NCBI GenBank assembly: GCA_016935435.1
Contig: JAFGQZ010000026.1
Span: 129,491-193,490 of the forward strand
Direction: 5' to 3'
From: Bacteroidales bacterium
GTDB lineage: Bacteria > Bacteroidota > Bacteroidia > Bacteroidales > UBA10428
Length of the DNA stretch: 64,000 bases
Shown: positions 9,784 through 18,699 of the stretch, piece after piece
Layout of the letters: the number at the start of each line of letters is the position of its first letter
Position numbering within the stretch: position 1 is the stretch's first letter
Notes under the pieces: model-generated
Databases searched by the model: none
Told to the model about the DNA's origin: nothing
Seen by the model: the letters and a program-made list of their open reading frames with translations, nothing else
Position numbers and translations under genes: made by a program

Positions 9784-10128
9784 CTATTTATATCTGATTG
9801 CAGTTCCAGTTGCTTTAATTGCATTTAACCAATACCCATAATCTACTTCCAGTCTCAAATCAATAATTGCATTTGCACCTAATTTTGCTGCTTCTTTCTT
9901 TAGCATTTCCACAGGTATTTTTGCATCCGTACCAGCATCAGCATTGGCAACAACCTGTCCGATTACAACATACTCTTTTTCAATTCTTGATGTTGAATAA
10001 ACATTAATTTCTTTGGCATTGGTTGCGGGATATTTAGTGGCATTGTCGTGTGTTTGCAAATTAGCAACCGAAGAACAGCCTGTCAGTAAAAAACATGGAA
10101 TAATCCATTTAAGTAGATTTTTTTTCAT
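9784..10128 (-). CDS. Small lipoprotein, paralog B (RcsF/DUF4156/YbjQ-like layout)
   Basis: The protein is 114 aa with a lipobox (LLTGCSS). The core is YVVIGQV...GTDAKIPVEMLKKEAAKLGANAIIDL, which aligns with paralog A. Confidence 0.6.
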   Translation of the reverse strand: MKKNLLKWIIPCFLLTGCSSVANLQTHDNATKYPATNAKEINVYSTSRIEKEYVVIGQVVANADAGTDAKIPVEMLKKEAAKLGANAIIDLRLEVDYGYWLNAIKATGTAIRYK

Positions 10129-10334
10129 TTTCGATAATCTTAATTATGTTAATAAACGGTTTGAAAATAATACTTTTAAAAGATTTAGTGCTAATTAACC
10201 TTGATATTTTCAGTTTTCTTTCGTTTGTAAGTGACATCATTAAAACCCTTTTGCAAATACACAAAGAGCACACTGCAATCTGTTTTTTTGAGGGAAAACA
10301 GCGTGTGCAGTGTGCTCAGAATATATTCTGTAAA

Positions 10335-11168
10335 CTATTTCAATAAACCGTTAAGGCTGGCCAGGGTAGTAGTAAGATCGTTGGCAGGGTTATCCCAGTT
10401 GTATTCGTTTTCAACTGTAATAATCCCGCTAAAGCCTTGTCGTTTTAGTTCGTCAATAAGTTTTTTTCCATCGAGTACCCCGGTTCCAAAAGCCACTGTA
10501 TGGGCTTCGAGGTTGTTAAATTCGCTCATATCTTTAATATGCATGGTAATAAGTTTACCTTCAACTTTTTTAAGCGATTCAACCGGGTCGAGCCCTGAGC
10601 GCATCCAATGGCCATTATCGGCACACACCCCAATGCGTGGGTTTTTGCCTTCAATCTGATCGAGCACAATCTGCGGATCCCAATACCGGGTGCCGGTAGC
10701 ATGGTTATGAACGGCCAGGTTTATATTGAATGCCTGTGTAAGCGAATCTAGCAATATAAAATCGGAAAATTCGGGTTCGGAATTTATGGTTTCGACGCCC
10801 ATAGCTTTACAGAATTCAAATAACTGAACCCACTCTTCCTTAGAATTACAGCTGACAACACCATATTGCACTAATTTTATATTGTTTTCCTTAAGGATTG
10901 ACTTAACCAGCTCACGGCTTTCCTCCGACATACCAAAATGGGTATTGCCTTCGGTGCCTTCACTGATTTTCTGCCCGGGGAACATTTCGATGTGCCTGAA
11001 CCCAATCTGAGCAGCTTGCTTTACAGCCTCTTGAAAAGTAAAATTTCTGAACGACCATGCCTGAACAGCCAGTTGTATGTCGTTGCCCGGTTGTTTCTGG
11101 CTGCTACAAGACTGAACAGAGAAAAGCGACAGCATTACAATACCCAGAAATACGTTTAAAGGCCTCAT
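10335..11168 (-). CDS. Sugar phosphate isomerase/epimerase (xylose-isomerase-like TIM barrel), exported lipoprotein
   Basis: The protein is 277 aa with signal/lipobox LSLFSVQSCSS. TIM-barrel family motifs are present (AAQIGFRHIE, LAVHNH, HIKD). Its start overlaps the stop of the upstream gene by 4 nt. Confidence 0.7.
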   Translation of the reverse strand: MRPLNVFLGIVMLSLFSVQSCSSQKQPGNDIQLAVQAWSFRNFTFQEAVKQAAQIGFRHIEMFPGQKISEGTEGNTHFGMSEESRELVKSILKENNIKLVQYGVVSCNSKEEWVQLFEFCKAMGVETINSEPEFSDFILLDSLTQAFNINLAVHNHATGTRYWDPQIVLDQIEGKNPRIGVCADNGHWMRSGLDPVESLKKVEGKLITMHIKDMSEFNNLEAHTVAFGTGVLDGKKLIDELKRQGFSGIITVENEYNWDNPANDLTTTLASLNGLLK

Positions 11169-11917
11169 AACCTGCGTATTTTTATATTACGAAACCAAAC
11201 ATCGTCGCCATGATCCTGTAGTCCGATATACCCTTCTTCGGCAGTGTTGACAAAGTTCGGGAAATCGGCAAATTTACTGTTGGCGCACATGTTTTTCCAG
11301 TCGTCAGTCCAAAGGTGGTATTCTACCACGTTTTTGCCGTTCATAGCGTGAATGACGGTGCCTTTGTAAACCGTAATGGTTATTTGGTTCCATTCACCTA
11401 CGGGTTTAGCATTCTGAGGATTTGCCGGTATGAGGTCGTAGAGCGATCCGGCCTGACGGTTGCCGTCGGTGCCCAGTTTGGCATCGGGGTGTTTTTCATT
11501 GTCGAGTATTTGCATTTCGGGCGATGATTTCCAGATTGGGTCGCCGGGCACAGAATCGTTACCACAAATTTCCTGTGCCAGGTAAAAAATCCCGCTGTTT
11601 CCGCCTTCCGAAACTTTCCATTCGAGGCTGAGCTCAAAATTACCGTATTTTTCGCGGGTAATAATATCGCCTCCATCGTGTGCACCGGCTTCGCCTTTGC
11701 CCGAACCGGCAATATGTATTGTACCGTCTTCGGTTACCGACCAGGCAGAGGGAATGGCATTTTTACAATAACCTTTCCAGTTATCCATGGTTTTACCATC
11801 GAACAGGAGCACCCAGCCATCGTTTTTTTCTTTTTCGGTGAGTTGGTTCGGACCTACGTTTTCCTTGCAGGAAACAAACAGGCACATTAACATTGGTAAT
11901 ACAATTAGTTTTTTCAT
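11165..11917 (-). CDS. DUF1080 (3-keto-disaccharide hydrolase-like, concanavalin fold) lipoprotein
   Basis: The protein is 250 aa with lipobox LFVSCKE. DUF1080 hallmarks are GW..LFDGKT...W.G and the C-terminal GYIGLQDHGDDVWFRNIKIRRL. Confidence 0.75.
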   Translation of the reverse strand: MKKLIVLPMLMCLFVSCKENVGPNQLTEKEKNDGWVLLFDGKTMDNWKGYCKNAIPSAWSVTEDGTIHIAGSGKGEAGAHDGGDIITREKYGNFELSLEWKVSEGGNSGIFYLAQEICGNDSVPGDPIWKSSPEMQILDNEKHPDAKLGTDGNRQAGSLYDLIPANPQNAKPVGEWNQITITVYKGTVIHAMNGKNVVEYHLWTDDWKNMCANSKFADFPNFVNTAEEGYIGLQDHGDDVWFRNIKIRRL

Positions 11918-11997
11918 AATATTTTACTTTTTAGGTTTTACTTAAATTAAGATAAATGTACTTATTTAAAATTGCCTTACATACATTAAATCAACAA

Positions 11998-13476
11998 TTA
12001 TATCGACCAGCCTTGCCTGTAAGTGTGTTTAATGTACTCTTCGGCGGCAGCTTTGGCATTAATTGTTTCATGTTTTGTATCGAAATGCGGGTGGCCATCA
12101 ATAATGGAGAATTTATCAGATTTTACCACTTGAATCTCTTCAGAATCAGAAATATTGGTAAACTTCATGTTTTTACCGTCCCATAGCAGTTCGCGTTTTA
12201 AATCCTGCAAACGTACAGCAATAACGCCCATTACTACCATTTCGTTCAGCGGTCCCGAATAATCGAAGTTCGAGCTGGGCATAATATCTTTGCTTAAAGC
12301 GTTATCATAACCAGCCTTGCAGGCATTTACCCAGTCCATGTAATGGCCAGCGTCGATACGCCTCAACATCTTAGGTGCAGGTTGGGCTTCGCGACCGAGA
12401 ATAAAGGGGTTTGCTGCATAGCATCCCGACATCAGTTTTCCTTTGGTGCCGATAAATAATGTACCTCCGTTGCCATCGCGCCCCATCATTTCGCCAGGTG
12501 CCAATTCTTCGGGCCTCGGGGGCAACAAACCGCCGTCCCACCATGTAATTTTCACTTCGGGCATATTAGTTTTCATAAAGGGGTCGCGCTTTGGAAAAAC
12601 ATATTGTACCATTTCGGCCATGGGTGCCGACTCGGTATTGAACATGGTTGAACTGCCCTGCACTTTTGTGGGGTATTGCAGGCGCAAGGCCTTAAATACC
12701 GGGTCGATAACATGGCAGGCCATATCGCCAAGTGCACCTGTCCCAAAATCCCACCATCCGCGCCAGTTCCATGGGTGATATACATTGTTGAACGGGCGTT
12801 CTTTGGCAGGGCCTAAAAACAAGTCCCATTTTAGTTTGTCATGAGGCATTTCAACCGTATCGGGCCTCTCGAGCCCCTGTGGCCATATAGGGCGGTTTGT
12901 CCAGCAATGCACTTCGGTTACATCGCCAATTTCGCCATTCCAAATCCATTCGCAAATCTGACGGATGCCTTCGCCCGAATTGCCCTGGTTGCCCATTTGG
13001 GTTACCACTTTATATTTTTTTGCGTACTCGGTCATTTGACGCGATTCCCAAACCGAGTGTGTAAGCGGTTTCTCGCAATACACATGCTTGCCCATTTGCA
13101 TGGCTGTTAGTGCAATTATGGCATGTGTGTGGTCGGGGGTTCCAACAACCACAGCATCAAAACTGTCTTTAAGTTCTTCAAACATTACACGCCAGTCGTA
13201 ATACTTTTTAGCATCGGGAAATTCGCTGAAAATTCCTGCAGAGTATTTCCAGTCCACATCGCAAAGGGCCACAATATTTTCGGAGCGCAGTTGCTTAATA
13301 ACCCCGCCGCCCCTGCCGCCAACACCAACGCCGACAATGTTAAGCTTGTCGCCGGGCGATCTGTGCCCTAATCCACCTATAACATGGCTGGGCAAAATGG
13401 TAAGGCCTGCAGTTACTGCCGTGGTATTTCTAATGAAATTCCTTCGCGACAGGTTTTGTTTTGTTTTTTCATTCAT
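11998..13476 (-). CDS. Gfo/Idh/MocA-family NAD(P)-dependent oxidoreductase with twin-arginine signal (GH109-like / glycoside 3-dehydrogenase-like)
   Basis: The protein is 492 aa. It has a Tat motif (SRRNFIRNTTAVTAGL), a Rossmann motif (LNIVGVGVGGRGG) and the EKPL motif (VYCEKPLTH). Confidence 0.8.
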   Translation of the reverse strand: MNEKTKQNLSRRNFIRNTTAVTAGLTILPSHVIGGLGHRSPGDKLNIVGVGVGGRGGGVIKQLRSENIVALCDVDWKYSAGIFSEFPDAKKYYDWRVMFEELKDSFDAVVVGTPDHTHAIIALTAMQMGKHVYCEKPLTHSVWESRQMTEYAKKYKVVTQMGNQGNSGEGIRQICEWIWNGEIGDVTEVHCWTNRPIWPQGLERPDTVEMPHDKLKWDLFLGPAKERPFNNVYHPWNWRGWWDFGTGALGDMACHVIDPVFKALRLQYPTKVQGSSTMFNTESAPMAEMVQYVFPKRDPFMKTNMPEVKITWWDGGLLPPRPEELAPGEMMGRDGNGGTLFIGTKGKLMSGCYAANPFILGREAQPAPKMLRRIDAGHYMDWVNACKAGYDNALSKDIMPSSNFDYSGPLNEMVVMGVIAVRLQDLKRELLWDGKNMKFTNISDSEEIQVVKSDKFSIIDGHPHFDTKHETINAKAAAEEYIKHTYRQGWSI

Positions 13477-13485
13477 AGCATTTAT

Positions 13486-14529
13486 TTATAAGGTTAAAAC
13501 TTTTCGTTGTTTTGAACTTTCAATTGCGGCGAGTATTACCCTGATATTTTGCAGGGCAGTTTCGGGTTTCACAGCCAGGGGTTTGTTTTCAGAGATAGCA
13601 TCGGCAACATTATCAAAAAAGCCCATATAATTTCCTTTATGGGTTTTAATCCTGCTTATATGGTCGCGGCCGTCTTTAACTATATTAAGGGTTCCGTAGA
13701 GGCTTTCGTCGTCGGTGCCCCAATCGTTTCCTTTAGGCACAGCCCCTTTTTTTAGCAGTTCTTCCTGCGGGTCGAGCCCGTATTTAACAAACGAACCATT
13801 GCTGCCGTGAACAATAAAATGCGGGCCTAATTCTTTTACCAGTACACCGGCTTTCAGTTTTGCCCGGTGATGTTTATAGAACAGTATTACCTCGAAAGTG
13901 TCGTCAACATTACCTTCGGAGCGGGCTACACGAATATCGCCAAATACAGCTTCGGGCATCCCAAACAGGTCGATTGCCTGATCGATAAGGTGCGGCCCCA
14001 GGTCGAAAAACACGCCACTGCCGGGAAGGGCATGGCTGCGCCAATTGGAATAATCGGGCTCGGGGCGGAACCTGTCGAAATGCACCTCATACTCCGAAAT
14101 GCTGCCAAGCTGCCCTGAGCCAATAATTTCTTTAACGGTTTGAAAGTCGCCATCCCACCGACGATTTTGAAACACGCTCAAAACTTTTCCCTGCTGCCGG
14201 GCTAGTCCGATTAGTTCCTCACCGTGTTTAATTTCTGTAACAAAGGGTTTTTCTACTACCACATGTTTGCCGTTCAACAAAGCTTTTTTTGTTAGCGCAA
14301 AATGCTCGGTATTGGGCGAGGCAACAATGGCTAAATCGATTTGCGGATCGGACAGTATATCGTTTACATCACCAACAACTTCTACCTGCTTGTAGAGTGA
14401 GTTGATTTCTGATTTTCTTGATGAATAGATTTTGGAAATTTCAAAACGTGGGCTAACATCAAGAAAAGGAGCCTGAAAAACACGTCCAGAAAGGCCAAAT
14501 CCGATAATTCCCGTTCGGATAGGGTACAT
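13486..14529 (-). CDS. Gfo/Idh/MocA-family oxidoreductase, no signal peptide
   Basis: The protein is 347 aa. It has IRTGIIGFGLSG and VVVEKPF motifs. It lies 9 nt upstream of the Tat-signal paralog. Confidence 0.8.
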   Translation of the reverse strand: MYPIRTGIIGFGLSGRVFQAPFLDVSPRFEISKIYSSRKSEINSLYKQVEVVGDVNDILSDPQIDLAIVASPNTEHFALTKKALLNGKHVVVEKPFVTEIKHGEELIGLARQQGKVLSVFQNRRWDGDFQTVKEIIGSGQLGSISEYEVHFDRFRPEPDYSNWRSHALPGSGVFFDLGPHLIDQAIDLFGMPEAVFGDIRVARSEGNVDDTFEVILFYKHHRAKLKAGVLVKELGPHFIVHGSNGSFVKYGLDPQEELLKKGAVPKGNDWGTDDESLYGTLNIVKDGRDHISRIKTHKGNYMGFFDNVADAISENKPLAVKPETALQNIRVILAAIESSKQRKVLTL

Positions 14530-14861
14530 ATTTTAATTATTTTGGTTAAAGACTAATTATGCCCTCCGGTATGCCTCATACATCGCCCCAGCCGAACACA
14601 CCCCCGGAATAAACATCTCAAATTTATAAAACCATTGCTTTTTATCAAAATATAATTTGGTTACTCCCCCCAAAAGTTTAGGGTTAAAAAAGTAATATGT
14701 TGGGGGTATTTTGTTTGTAGCTATATAATTAGCGTTTACCTTTAAAAGGTTAAAAGAGCTTAAAAATAAAAGTAAAATTTACCCAAAACATGATTAATCA
14801 GGTATGACTGAATACTGTTTCGGTATAATCGGGAAAATAAAAACTATCTAGGCTACAAAAG

Positions 14862-15013
14862 TTTTAAACCGCTAAGACGCCAAGAATAAAATACTTTAAC
14901 AAAAAACTCTGCGCCTCTACGGTGAAATAAAATTTTAAACCGCCAAGACGCTAAGGCGCTAATAATAAAATACATTAACTAAACCCTTTGCGCCTCTGCG
15001 GTGAAAAGAAAAA
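14862..15013. repeat. Tandem direct repeat, two units (71 and 81 bp), upstream of the ECF sigma gene
   Basis: Unit 1 (14862-14932) is ttttaaaccgctaagacgccaag...ctctgcgcctctacggtgaaataaaa. Unit 2 (14933-15013) is ttttaaaccgccaagacgctaaggcgctaat...ctttgcgcctctgcggtgaaaagaaaa. Unit 2 carries a ~10-bp insertion. Confidence 0.85.
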
Positions 15014-15116
15014 GTAAAAAAACTTAGTTTGCATAACATTTTTATACCTTCAATCAGGACATTGTGCAACCTTGTTTAATTAATATTGTCATTAAAATCT
15101 GAAAACTGAAAACATT

Positions 15117-15662
15117 TTGGAGGCAGCATATCACGACATACACCGCGATATAGTAGAGTTAAGCAAAGCTGGTAACCGAAAGGCCCAATACCAGTTGTAT
15201 AAACTCTATTCCAGGGCAATGTTTAATATATGCTGCCGAATGCTAAACAGTTTTGAAGAGGCCGAGGACATTCTGCAGGAGTCGTTTGCCGAAGCCTTTA
15301 ACAAGCTGGGGAGCTTCAGGTTCGAATCGACCTTTGGCGCATGGTTAAAACGTATAGTGGTAAACCGGTGTATTAACCACTTAAAAAAACGAAAAGCCGA
15401 ACTGGTTTACACCCAAACCCTTCCCGAAAATATAATGGAAGACGAGGCGCCCGATTACGAACAAATACAGCTCGAAGTAAAAAAAGTTCATAAAGCAATG
15501 GAGCTTTTGCCCGATGGGTACAGGGTTATATTCTCGCTCTACCTCATAGAAGGGTACGATCATGCAGAAATTGCAGAAATAATGGGGATAACTGAGTCAA
15601 CTTCAAAATCGCAGTTTTCCAGGGCCAAAGTAAAAATTAAAGAAATATTAAATACACTATAG
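15117..15662 (+). CDS. ECF-type RNA polymerase sigma-70 family factor
   Basis: The protein is 181 aa. Region 2 (AQYQLYKLYSRAMFNICCRML...DILQESF) and region 4 (PDGYRVIFSLYLIEGYDHAEIAEIMGITESTSKSQFSRAK) are present. The first in-frame ATG would delete region 2, so the TTG at 15117 is the likely start. Confidence 0.85.
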   Translation: MEAAYHDIHRDIVELSKAGNRKAQYQLYKLYSRAMFNICCRMLNSFEEAEDILQESFAEAFNKLGSFRFESTFGAWLKRIVVNRCINHLKKRKAELVYTQTLPENIMEDEAPDYEQIQLEVKKVHKAMELLPDGYRVIFSLYLIEGYDHAEIAEIMGITESTSKSQFSRAKVKIKEILNTL

Positions 15663-15664
15663 CT

Positions 15665-16195
15665 ATGAACAATCGTCTTGAAGAGTTTGTACGCGGGCAC
15701 AGCAAAGAGTTCGACTTATTCGAACCCGACGAAGCGCTATGGGAAAATATCGAGAAAAAGCTCGATAAGGGCAGAAATATTAAAATCGGTTATTATTTAT
15801 CCAGGGCAGCTGCTGTTGCAGCCATATTTGTCTTGTCGTTTATGGCACAGCAATACTTTGCCGACAGGAAAAACAAAACTTTTGATATTCCCGAAGTAAA
15901 AGAAGCCGAAATGTATTATTCTGGCCTAATTGATGCACGTATGAAAGAAGTGAAGCCATTTCTGGCTGAATTTCCGGAAATAGAACAGGAAATGCAATCA
16001 GACCTGTTGGAGCTCGACAGTGTTTACCAGGGGCTAAAAAACGACTTAAAAGATAATGTCGCCAACCATGAGGTAATTGAGGCAATGATTGAGAATTACC
16101 GCATGCGCATTAACATACTCGAAGAAATGTTGCACTTTTTAGCTAAAAACAACAATGACAATATTAACAAAAACAACACGGAGTATGAACTGTAA
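15665..16195 (+). CDS. Putative anti-sigma factor (single-pass membrane protein)
   Basis: The protein is 176 aa and starts 3 nt after the sigma gene. It has one transmembrane helix (AAAVAAIFVLSFMAQQYF) separating a short cytoplasmic N-terminus from a helical C-terminal domain. The call is positional. Confidence 0.55.
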   Translation: MNNRLEEFVRGHSKEFDLFEPDEALWENIEKKLDKGRNIKIGYYLSRAAAVAAIFVLSFMAQQYFADRKNKTFDIPEVKEAEMYYSGLIDARMKEVKPFLAEFPEIEQEMQSDLLELDSVYQGLKNDLKDNVANHEVIEAMIENYRMRINILEEMLHFLAKNNNDNINKNNTEYEL

Positions 16196-17270
16196 GCAAT
16201 TGCTTTATCTGTGGCTCATTTTTGTGGTTTTTTCGGGCGTTTCACAGGCACAGACTTACACCGATAGGATTGAGCGGAGTTTCAAAATTGTTCCAAAGTC
16301 GTCGGTGGAAGTTGTAAACAAATACGGAAAAGTTCATATTCGAACCTGGGACAAAGATTCGGTAAGGTTTGAGGTTGACCTTCGTATCCAAACCACTTCA
16401 AGGGAGAAAATGAACAAGCTTAAAAACCAGATTTCATTCGATTTTACAAGTACCAATTACTATATCATTGCTAAAACATCTTTTGTTAAAAGCGGTGGTA
16501 TTTTTTCCGATGTTGTAGAAACTTTTGTGCCATCGAACGAGGTGTCGATAAATTATGTTGTGTATATACCCAAACACCTGCCGCTTAAAGTCGAAAATAA
16601 GTTTGGCGATGTATATATCGACGACTTTCAGGGAAACTTTAACCTTACCTTGTCGAACGGCAACCTTAAAGCCAATTACCTGCAAGGCAACAGCAAGGTT
16701 GCCCTAAGCTCGGCCAATGGGGTAATAAACCAAATCGACAACGGAAAAATTGAGGTGGCATATTCCGATATTGAAATAAAAAATGCCGGAAAGATCGATA
16801 TCGACAGCCGCTCGTCGGTTGTTAACATTAACCAGTCGCTGGTATTAAAGGTGCTTTCGCGGCGCGATAAGTATTATATCGACAATGTAAATAAAATTTC
16901 GGGAAGTGGCGATTTTACAACCTTTAAAATAATTGGCATAGGGCAGGAGCTTAATTTAATATTGAAGTATGGCGGTTTATCGGTAGAAGAAGTAAGCAAT
17001 GCCTTTTCGCTTATTAATATCGGGTCGGTATATACTGATATTGATCTCGTTTTTACAAAACCGGCTGCATATTTCCTCGATATTACCCACTTTGCCGATG
17101 TAAGGCTTATTTACCCGGCTGCTGTTTCCGACCTGCAAACCCAGGACTTTAACTCCGACCAGAGGCTGTTGCTGACTTTTGGGAAAATGGGCTACAATGT
17201 AACTTCTTCTTCGCCAAAAGTTAAGATTATGGCTGAGAAAAAGTGTTATATAAATATTATGCACCGCTAA
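16185..17270 (+). CDS. Exported DUF4097-like (LiaG-like, 'putative adhesin' beta-helix) protein
   Basis: The start is reset to the ATG at 16185, which gives signal peptide MNCKQLLYLWLIFVVFSGVSQA. The gene overlaps the anti-sigma stop by 11 nt. It has repetitive beta-strand units (FGDVYIDDFQGNFNLTLSNGNLKANYLQGNSKVALSSANGVINQIDNGKIEV). Confidence 0.55.
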   Translation: MNCKQLLYLWLIFVVFSGVSQAQTYTDRIERSFKIVPKSSVEVVNKYGKVHIRTWDKDSVRFEVDLRIQTTSREKMNKLKNQISFDFTSTNYYIIAKTSFVKSGGIFSDVVETFVPSNEVSINYVVYIPKHLPLKVENKFGDVYIDDFQGNFNLTLSNGNLKANYLQGNSKVALSSANGVINQIDNGKIEVAYSDIEIKNAGKIDIDSRSSVVNINQSLVLKVLSRRDKYYIDNVNKISGSGDFTTFKIIGIGQELNLILKYGGLSVEEVSNAFSLINIGSVYTDIDLVFTKPAAYFLDITHFADVRLIYPAAVSDLQTQDFNSDQRLLLTFGKMGYNVTSSSPKVKIMAEKKCYINIMHR

Positions 17271-17340
17271 GGCATTGCTTTTTAACCGAAAACAGGCAAA
17301 TAAGTGAGGTTTATAAATTTAACAGGTAAACAAACTAAAA

Positions 17341-18063
17341 ATGAAACTAAAACAATTTCTATTAATAATTGCCCCGGTATTTATATTGTATTCTTGTGAG
17401 ATAATGTACCCCTGTCTCGAAGGAAACGGGGTGCTTACAACCGAAGAGCGGGCGGTAACCCATTTCACATCGGTTAATGCATCGGCTGGGTTCGATGTTG
17501 AACTGATATACAGCACCGATAGCTACATTTCGGTAGAGGCCGATGAAAACCTTCAGAAATACATCCGCACCTATGTACATAACGGCGAACTGGTTTTGGA
17601 AACAGAACAAGGCAGGTGTTTGCGTTCGGGGAACAGAATATTGGTTACGGTGTATTGTCCGTTTATCGAAGCTGTAGTTTTGTCTGGTTCAGGCGACATG
17701 GAAGTTTCGGGGTTTTCTGCCGATAATTTCGACATCATATTGTCGGGTTCGGGCGATATAGATATTGCCATGTTAACAGTATCAGAACGGCTAACCGCAA
17801 AACTAACCGGCTCGGGCGATATTATGGCCGATGGAAGTGCAAACGAAGCCAACTTTACCTTATCGGGCTCAGGTAGCATACATGCCGATCGTTTCAGAGT
17901 CAATAACTGTTATATTGTGCTTTCGGGCTCCGGAAACAGTTATGTTTATGCGACAAGCTATTTAAAAGTCAGGCTCTCGGGTTCGGGCGATGTTTTATAT
18001 TATGGGGGCCCCGAAAGGGTTGATAAACGTATTACCGGTTCAGGCAAAATAATTCAGAAATAA
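17341..18063 (+). CDS. DUF2807 / head GIN domain protein (beta-helical, lipoprotein)
   Basis: The protein is 240 aa with signal/lipobox VFILYSCE. It has seven roughly 20-aa repeats centred on (L/V)SGSGD/S. Confidence 0.7.
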   Translation: MKLKQFLLIIAPVFILYSCEIMYPCLEGNGVLTTEERAVTHFTSVNASAGFDVELIYSTDSYISVEADENLQKYIRTYVHNGELVLETEQGRCLRSGNRILVTVYCPFIEAVVLSGSGDMEVSGFSADNFDIILSGSGDIDIAMLTVSERLTAKLTGSGDIMADGSANEANFTLSGSGSIHADRFRVNNCYIVLSGSGNSYVYATSYLKVRLSGSGDVLYYGGPERVDKRITGSGKIIQK

Positions 18064-18084
18064 TACCACCAAACCAGGTTAACA

Positions 18085-18579
18085 ATGAGAATTTTATATG
18101 CTATAATTTTTCTAACATTATTTTATTTCGACTTGTCGGCACAAAACTACACACGCGATGCCGGAGTGCGCTTCGGACAAGGGGTTGTGGGTTCGTACCG
18201 TCAGTTTTACAAAGAGGAAATGGCTGTTGAGCTCTTTGGGGGTTTTCTTAACCAGGGTATTGTATTCGGAGGCATGAAGGAACATTTTTCCGATGCCCTA
18301 GCCCATTATTCAGGAAATATCAGGGTATATTATGGTTATGGCGTGCATACCGGTTTCAATTACACCAACAAGTACAGGGTTCTAAACCGCCAATATAGGT
18401 ACGACTGGAAATTTTCGCCACTGTTTGGCCTTGATGGCATTGCTGGCATTGAATATATATTTCCCGAAGTTCCTTTACTGGTAAGTTTCGATATAAACCC
18501 CAGTTTTGAATTCTCCCTAAACCGTATATTCGAACTCAATGTGTTCGATATTACTTTTTTAATTAAGTATCGCTTTTAA
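18085..18579 (+). CDS. Small exported protein, putative outer-membrane beta-barrel
   Basis: The protein is 164 aa with signal peptide MRILYAIIFLTLFYFDLSAQ. It shows an alternating aromatic/Gly pattern and a C-terminal ...IKYRF typical of OMP termini. Confidence 0.45.
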   Translation: MRILYAIIFLTLFYFDLSAQNYTRDAGVRFGQGVVGSYRQFYKEEMAVELFGGFLNQGIVFGGMKEHFSDALAHYSGNIRVYYGYGVHTGFNYTNKYRVLNRQYRYDWKFSPLFGLDGIAGIEYIFPEVPLLVSFDINPSFEFSLNRIFELNVFDITFLIKYRF

Positions 18580-18699
18580 TTTATAAATGCAATGAAACGA
18601 GCATGTAATAAGCTTAACACAAACTCGTGCGAACAAAATGCGAGTTTCCCCGAAGTGTCGGGGTTAGCTATCCGACCTTTTAAAGTCAATTTCAATCGG

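Noticed and set aside
10146-10346. 66-aa ORF in the AT-rich gap upstream of the lipoprotein genes
   Set aside because: It has no ribosome-binding or signal features and its hydrophobic low-complexity sequence is typical of AT-rich DNA. It also overlaps the 3' end of the TIM-barrel gene.
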